DNA of 62,857 nucleotides, filler included, from Thraustochytrium aureum (Eukaryota): NCBI GenBank assembly GCA_012862495.1. It is 6 parts of 5 records of this genome, joined end to end, with 100 filler letters (N's around TTAATTAATTAA, not from the genome) between each part and the next. Parts side by side here need not be neighbours in the genome. Positions count along the whole stretch, not along the records: positions 55,538 to 59,683 come from BLSG01000400.1; positions 59,784 to 61,224 come from BLSG01000407.1; positions 61,325 to 62,857 come from BLSG01000407.1; 3 more parts are not named here. One strand, 5' to 3'. Shown piece by piece: positions 58,501 to 62,857 of this stretch (position 1 is its first letter; each line of letters starts with the position of its first letter). The notes under the pieces were generated by a model. It saw only the letters and a program-made list of their open reading frames with translations, ran no database searches and was not told where the DNA came from. The position numbers and the translations under genes were made by a program.

Positions 58501-59683
58501 TCGCGTTCCAGCCGTCGAGGAGAGCGCAGGCAGCGAGCGTGCGGGCGTGGGCCATCGAAGACGGGCCGTCGAAAAGGCGGCCGCTGCAAGCGACGTCCGT
58601 CGCGTCCACGGCAGTTGTGCCACATGGGCAAGGGATCTTGCACAAGAACGTGTCCGGCTTGGAGATCTCCTCAACAAAACGGCTCTGCCAGCGCAGCGCG
58701 CGACGCCTGGAGCTCGTTGGCTCGAACAGGTTCGGGTTCGCAAGAACTTCGTCAACGACCTCGAGGCGCGACCGGAGGTCTGCCAGGGTTCCGGCGACGA
58801 GACCACGGCCCGTGAGGCACTCCTCGACATGCTCGGCAGGGTCGACGGGAAGCGATTTCGTCACGATCGGGCTCAGGCCCGGGTTGTTCATCTGCTTGCC
58901 AAAGTTGAGAGAGCACGTCCGCCACGGCTCGTTGGCGGCCTGAGCGACGGTGATCTGCGCAGCGCTGGGTGCGATGAGGCAGTCCACATTGTCGGACCCT
59001 GGGCGCCCGGTGTACTCGTATCCAGCAGCGACGACCGAGCTTGCGCGGGTTTCACAAGCGATGGCACTGCCTGCCACAACTCGTGTGAAGGCTCCGGAAA
59101 CGAGCTCGCAAGACGTGGACACGCCCATGCCGCGGAATGCGGTCTTGGCGCCTGGTCGGATGGCCCCGGTCTTGGCTCGCGAGGCGGCGCACTCTGCGAC
59201 CTTGACAGCCGTGTCAACCTGCGTGTTCACGAGCGGGTTGAACTCGCAGGCGATGAGGTTGCCTGCATCGCCGAGGGAGGCAAACGATTCGTTGCGCGTG
59301 GTTCCACAGGGACAGGCGCCGCCGTCGGCGATGTCGCTCGCCAGGCGCGCGATGAGCACCTCGTCGCACTTGCCAAAAGCCTCCTCGTCGCACTGGCGGC
59401 CCACCTTGCCGGCAGCCGAGCAAATGCACTCGCCGAAGAGCTCGCACGAGTTGGGGACGGTGTTTCCCGGGTCGCACGGCGTCGCACGGCAGTCAAAGAT
59501 GCCCTCTGCTGCGAGGCTTGTCCCGCCAGTTGGTGTCGACCCCGCGATCGCAAAGGTTTCCACGACGCCCTCCTTGTCCCAGGCCCTGATCACGCCGGCC
59601 TGGCCGGGTGTCAGCGCAGCGAGCAGCGCCCTGCACTTGCCGTTCACGGTGACGTATGCGGCGCACTCTTGGGCTAGCACGCA
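55538..59683 (-). CDS. Large membrane-anchored protein: laminin-EGF-like module, long helical region, Tc-toxin-A/PtIP-83-like C-terminal beta domain, TM helix; both ends in gaps
   Basis: ORFs 57767-59680 and 55482-57821 join at G-run 57829-57832. CDPGNTVPNSCELFGECICSAAGKVGRQCDE; LPSPFSRWRLRL...VSVQFRF; TM WVIGVAAGGGAIALASIVAAAVLV. Confidence 0.65.
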
Positions 59684-59783
59684 NNNNNNNNNNNNNNNNN
59701 NNNNNNNNNNNNNNNNNNNNNNNNNNNTTAATTAATTAANNNNNNNNNNNNNNNNNNNNNNNNNNNNNNNNNNNNNNNNNNNN

Positions 59784-60055
59784 TCTTGCACCGTCAACCA
59801 CACGATCTCGACGTCGTGTGCCTCGAAGCTGTTCGGACCCAGGCTCAAATACTTTTTGGTCGACTTGGGGAAGAGCGTGACCGGCGTGCTGGCGCGCTCG
59901 ATGGCCTGCAATGCGCTAGCAGAATCGGGGCCGCTCTTCTCGGCTCGGGTGACCACAAGGGCGCCCTCGCCGGCGGTGGGCAGGATGGCGAGCAAAGCCG
60001 ATGCCAGCAGCGCTCGAGCAAGCCATTTCCGCTTGCTCGGCCCTGGCACGCCCAT
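59784..60055 (-). CDS. Signal-peptide N-terminus, probably of the 55538-59683 gene
   Basis: MGVPGPSKRKWLARALLASALLAILPTAGEGA; same strand, open up to the linker. Confidence 0.55.
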
Positions 60056-61545
60056 TGCAGCTGTGGCAGAACGCGAGGCTGTCCGGGAACTGCTCAAGGC
60101 ATGATGCCGCAGCAAGCACGGAGATTGTATCGTTGGGGTTGGGTGCGAAAACATCTGCTCTCTCTTGCTCGTTGCCTGCAAGCGACGTCTCTTTGCAAGC
60201 AAAGCGAAAACCGCAAACGTTGCATGAGGTCTGCCCGAGCGCCCTCACCCATCGGCAGGCTGCCAGAGGAAGGTACAAGTACTGACATTGGGGCTCCCGA
60301 GTCCCAACGGCTTTGTCCAGCTTTTGTCCTGCTTTTGGGTGTGAGTCGGATGAACGTTTTCAGTTGCTTGGTGCCTGAGGTGCTTGTTGAAAGAGTGCCG
60401 CGGTGGCCGTCTTTCTCTGCGCGGCATGGATGAACAACTCGCACAAGCGCCGAAAATGCAGCCAGAGCCAAGCCCTCTTAGCATCTGAATTCTGATTGGA
60501 CAGAGAATTGTGGAGTGTGTTTTGTTAGCTTTTCGTGTGCTGCACGCCCGCATTGGGCTTCACCATGCTGCGCGTGAACCCCAAGCGCGCAGAGTTTTGA
60601 GGCAAACGGGTGGCAGGAACATGCATAGAGCTCATGGACGGTGCTGCTGGTCAGGCACCAGGCAGCGAAAGCAGCGTTGATGTTTTTCAACACCATACCG
60701 AGCACAACCTCGATCGCGGGCTACTCTTCGAAGACTTGAGCAGGCAGCAACGAACAGAGACAACGAAGTAAAACACAAAGGTCGCCCAGAGGTCACCCAA
60801 GGGGTCGATTCAGGGAGGCTGTGGCAGTAGTTGAGCCGCGGCAGGATTTTGGGCGACGTATTGGTCACAGCGAATGACTGACTTTGGGACACGACATCGT
60901 GAACAACGCTGTTCTGCGCAAGAACTGCTTTGTCTGCAGAGCTTCGAGCACTCTTCAACACTCTACATACTAGTAGAGTACCTGAGTGTTCTTCGAACAC
61001 CCCGACTCACCTTGTGTAGGTAGCGAATACTGGAGAGCGCAAATCTTGGAGAAGTCTGGTCCTGGGCCTTGACAGACTCATTGCAAGCAGGACGTGCCAG
61101 CGTAAAACGCGGTGGCCCACATGGACAACTAGCCACTGCCGCTTCCCGACTACTTAGCCAAAGCACGTACCGTGACGTGGCGCGCGAGACAGAACAGGAC
61201 GGCCCCATGAAGACTCGGCCGAGCNNNNNNNNNNNNNNNNNNNNNNNNNNNNNNNNNNNNNNNNNNNNTTAATTAATTAANNNNNNNNNNNNNNNNNNNN
61301 NNNNNNNNNNNNNNNNNNNNNNNNGGGACGCGCCTTCTTCGCGATCCGAGTGCAACCGCGTCGCTCTCGGGTGGCTCGAGGAGAGCTGCGCCATCCGCGG
61401 GGCTTGGTGGGCGGCCTCGCTGGATCGTCTCTCGGAAGCGTTGCAACTAGCGCAGACTGGCCTCGCGGCGGGCAGCAGGGGTCCGCGCGTGGCGGCGGAT
61501 GCGAGCAAGCAAGGGACAAGGCGGAGAGCGGCGGGGCGCGGCTGA

Positions 61546-62361
61546 TGCTGGCCGTCAAAGCTCTCGCCAGAGGGTCAAGCTGGGCGCGAACAACCAGTCG
61601 GAGTCGATCGGGACGTGCCGCGCACGTACCCGACGGTTCCGTTCTTTTCGCGCGAAGAGACGCGCGCTCGGCTGCGGCGCCTGCTGGGGCAGGCCTCGGC
61701 TGCCTACGCTGACACGGGGTACGTGCAGGGCATGAACTATGTGGTCGCGCAGCTGGTGGTGCACTGCGAGTCGGACGCCGAGGCGCTGGCGCTGTTCAAG
61801 CGCATGATGGAGGAGCCCGCGCTCAACTTGGCAGGGCTGTACGCGGAGGGTCTGCCCCTGCTGCAGCGGTGCGTAGCGTTGCTCGGCGAGTTGCTGGCCG
61901 AGCATCACCCGGCCGTGGTTTCGCGGCTCGACGCGCTGGGGCTCGGCTCGCTGCACTTTACGTTCAACTGGTTCCTGACGCTGTTCGCGTACTCGATGCC
62001 GTTCGAGGCGCTGGTGGGCGTGTGGGATCTGTTTTTCCGGCTTGGCTGGGAGGCTGTGTTTCGCGTCAGCCTCGTTCTGTTGGGCGACCTCGAAGGCGTC
62101 CTCGCTGGCGCGGATTTTGAGGCGGCCAACGCGGTGCTGCGGTCGTGTGCGGCGTTTCCGCCGGACGACCTCGTGGAGCGCGCGCTGGGCTTGCAGTTGG
62201 AGGCGCGGCAGGTCGTGTCGATGGCTGGAGTTGTCGCTGACGAGGCCTTGGACGCGGTGACGGACCATGGCGAGTCGGGCGACGAGATGACTGCGTCTTG
62301 CGGGCTCACGATGTGTTCGTCTGTGCTTTCCGAGTCGCAGGACGTCGAGGCCGACGAGTGA
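61546..62361 (+). CDS. TBC-domain Rab GTPase-activating protein (5' structure unresolved)
   Basis: VDRDVPRTYP (Arg finger), GYVQGMNYVV (Gln finger), WFLTLF, VWDLFF.LGW. Confidence 0.9.
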   Translation, partial: CWPSKLSPEGQAGREQPVGVDRDVPRTYPTVPFFSREETRARLRRLLGQASAAYADTGYVQGMNYVVAQLVVHCESDAEALALFKRMMEEPALNLAGLYAEGLPLLQRCVALLGELLAEHHPAVVSRLDALGLGSLHFTFNWFLTLFAYSMPFEALVGVWDLFFRLGWEAVFRVSLVLLGDLEGVLAGADFEAANAVLRSCAAFPPDDLVERALGLQLEARQVVSMAGVVADEALDAVTDHGESGDEMTASCGLTMCSSVLSESQDVEADE

Positions 62362-62857
62362 GCTCCTGCGCTGCCGGTAGGTAGTACCTGAGCCCCGTGA
62401 TGTGAGTGTGAATACGTGTTGTTCGTGGTAGGAGGCGTGCCAGCGCGGCGCGTGCGCCGCCGTGAGCTCGAGCGAGCGCTGCACCAGTGAAGTACCACTT
62501 AGCTACTACTGTGTACAGTTCAGAATCAGATAGTCGAAGTAATGTTGGAAGTGTGCGAGGTGTGCATAAAGGGCGACAAAACTCCCACAGCCCGCGCTAA
62601 AGCGCGCTTTGCTTGGCAGCCGATCACAAGCGCGCGTGACGGCCTCCGCCAGCGCGATGATCCAATCACCACAACCGCTTGGCTCTGGCGCCCTTGGCAG
62701 CGTCCCCGGCTGGAAGCGCGTGCCTCGCACGACCGATCACTGCGCCTCGCTGTTGTCAAGCACGCCGCGCGTGCAGGCAGGCGCCCCCTGCCCATTCATT
62801 CAATGCCACCTTTCATGGTTTGATTGACAAGCGCGCAAGTAAGTGCTTGGCCCTTTC

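Noticed and set aside
60100..61224. Lower-GC stretch with short broken ORFs, possible transposon or pseudogene remnant (similarly 37244-37868 and 12500-12900)
   Set aside because: No transposase, RT or integrase motifs, terminal repeats or identifiable homology seen by eye.
21855..61280. Recurrent palindromic TTAATTAATTAA motif (5 copies)
   Set aside because: Always centred in ~100-nt N blocks; an artificial six-frame-stop linker. Gene adjacency across these linkers is unverified.

Overview
GC-rich, gene-dense, intron-poor nuclear DNA from a flagellated microbial eukaryote. IFT80 is present, and there are four short GT-AG introns with GCTRAC branch sites. The overall style suggests a heterotrophic stramenopile such as a labyrinthulomycete, but that is a guess. 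The window is a draft scaffold with many N gaps, five artificial TTAATTAATTAA linkers and about 11 single-base indels at homopolymer runs that split real genes across ORFs. About 26 protein genes are recognisable. Ordinary ones: DM14-repeat protein, GYF/GIGYF-like, RAD6/UBC2, steroid 5-alpha-reductase-like, FHA/kanadaptin-like, IFT80, mitochondrial uL23, MATE, thioesterase, TFIIS-M/SPOC protein, PGM2, sterol desaturase, LSG1, BSD, LRR, TBC. The interest lies in unusual domain architectures: (1) a bacterial Rex-type (NADH/NAD+ redox sensor) C-terminal domain reading in frame into a VPS4/katanin-like AAA+ ATPase; (2) a TNFAIP8/TIPE-RGS fusion; (3) a large membrane-anchored protein with a Tc-toxin-A/PtIP-83-like C-terminal domain; (4) an RNA-triphosphatase-like pseudophosphatase with a WW domain; (5) a degenerate PurH-N/PurD/PurN fusion; (6) an 'MCWS' multi-TM domain fused to a retinol-saturase-like enzyme; (7) a giant PqiA/LetA-like protein; plus a divergent 14-3-3 and a signal-peptide-bearing carotenoid oxygenase. 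All family calls are by eye from remembered motifs; no searches were run.
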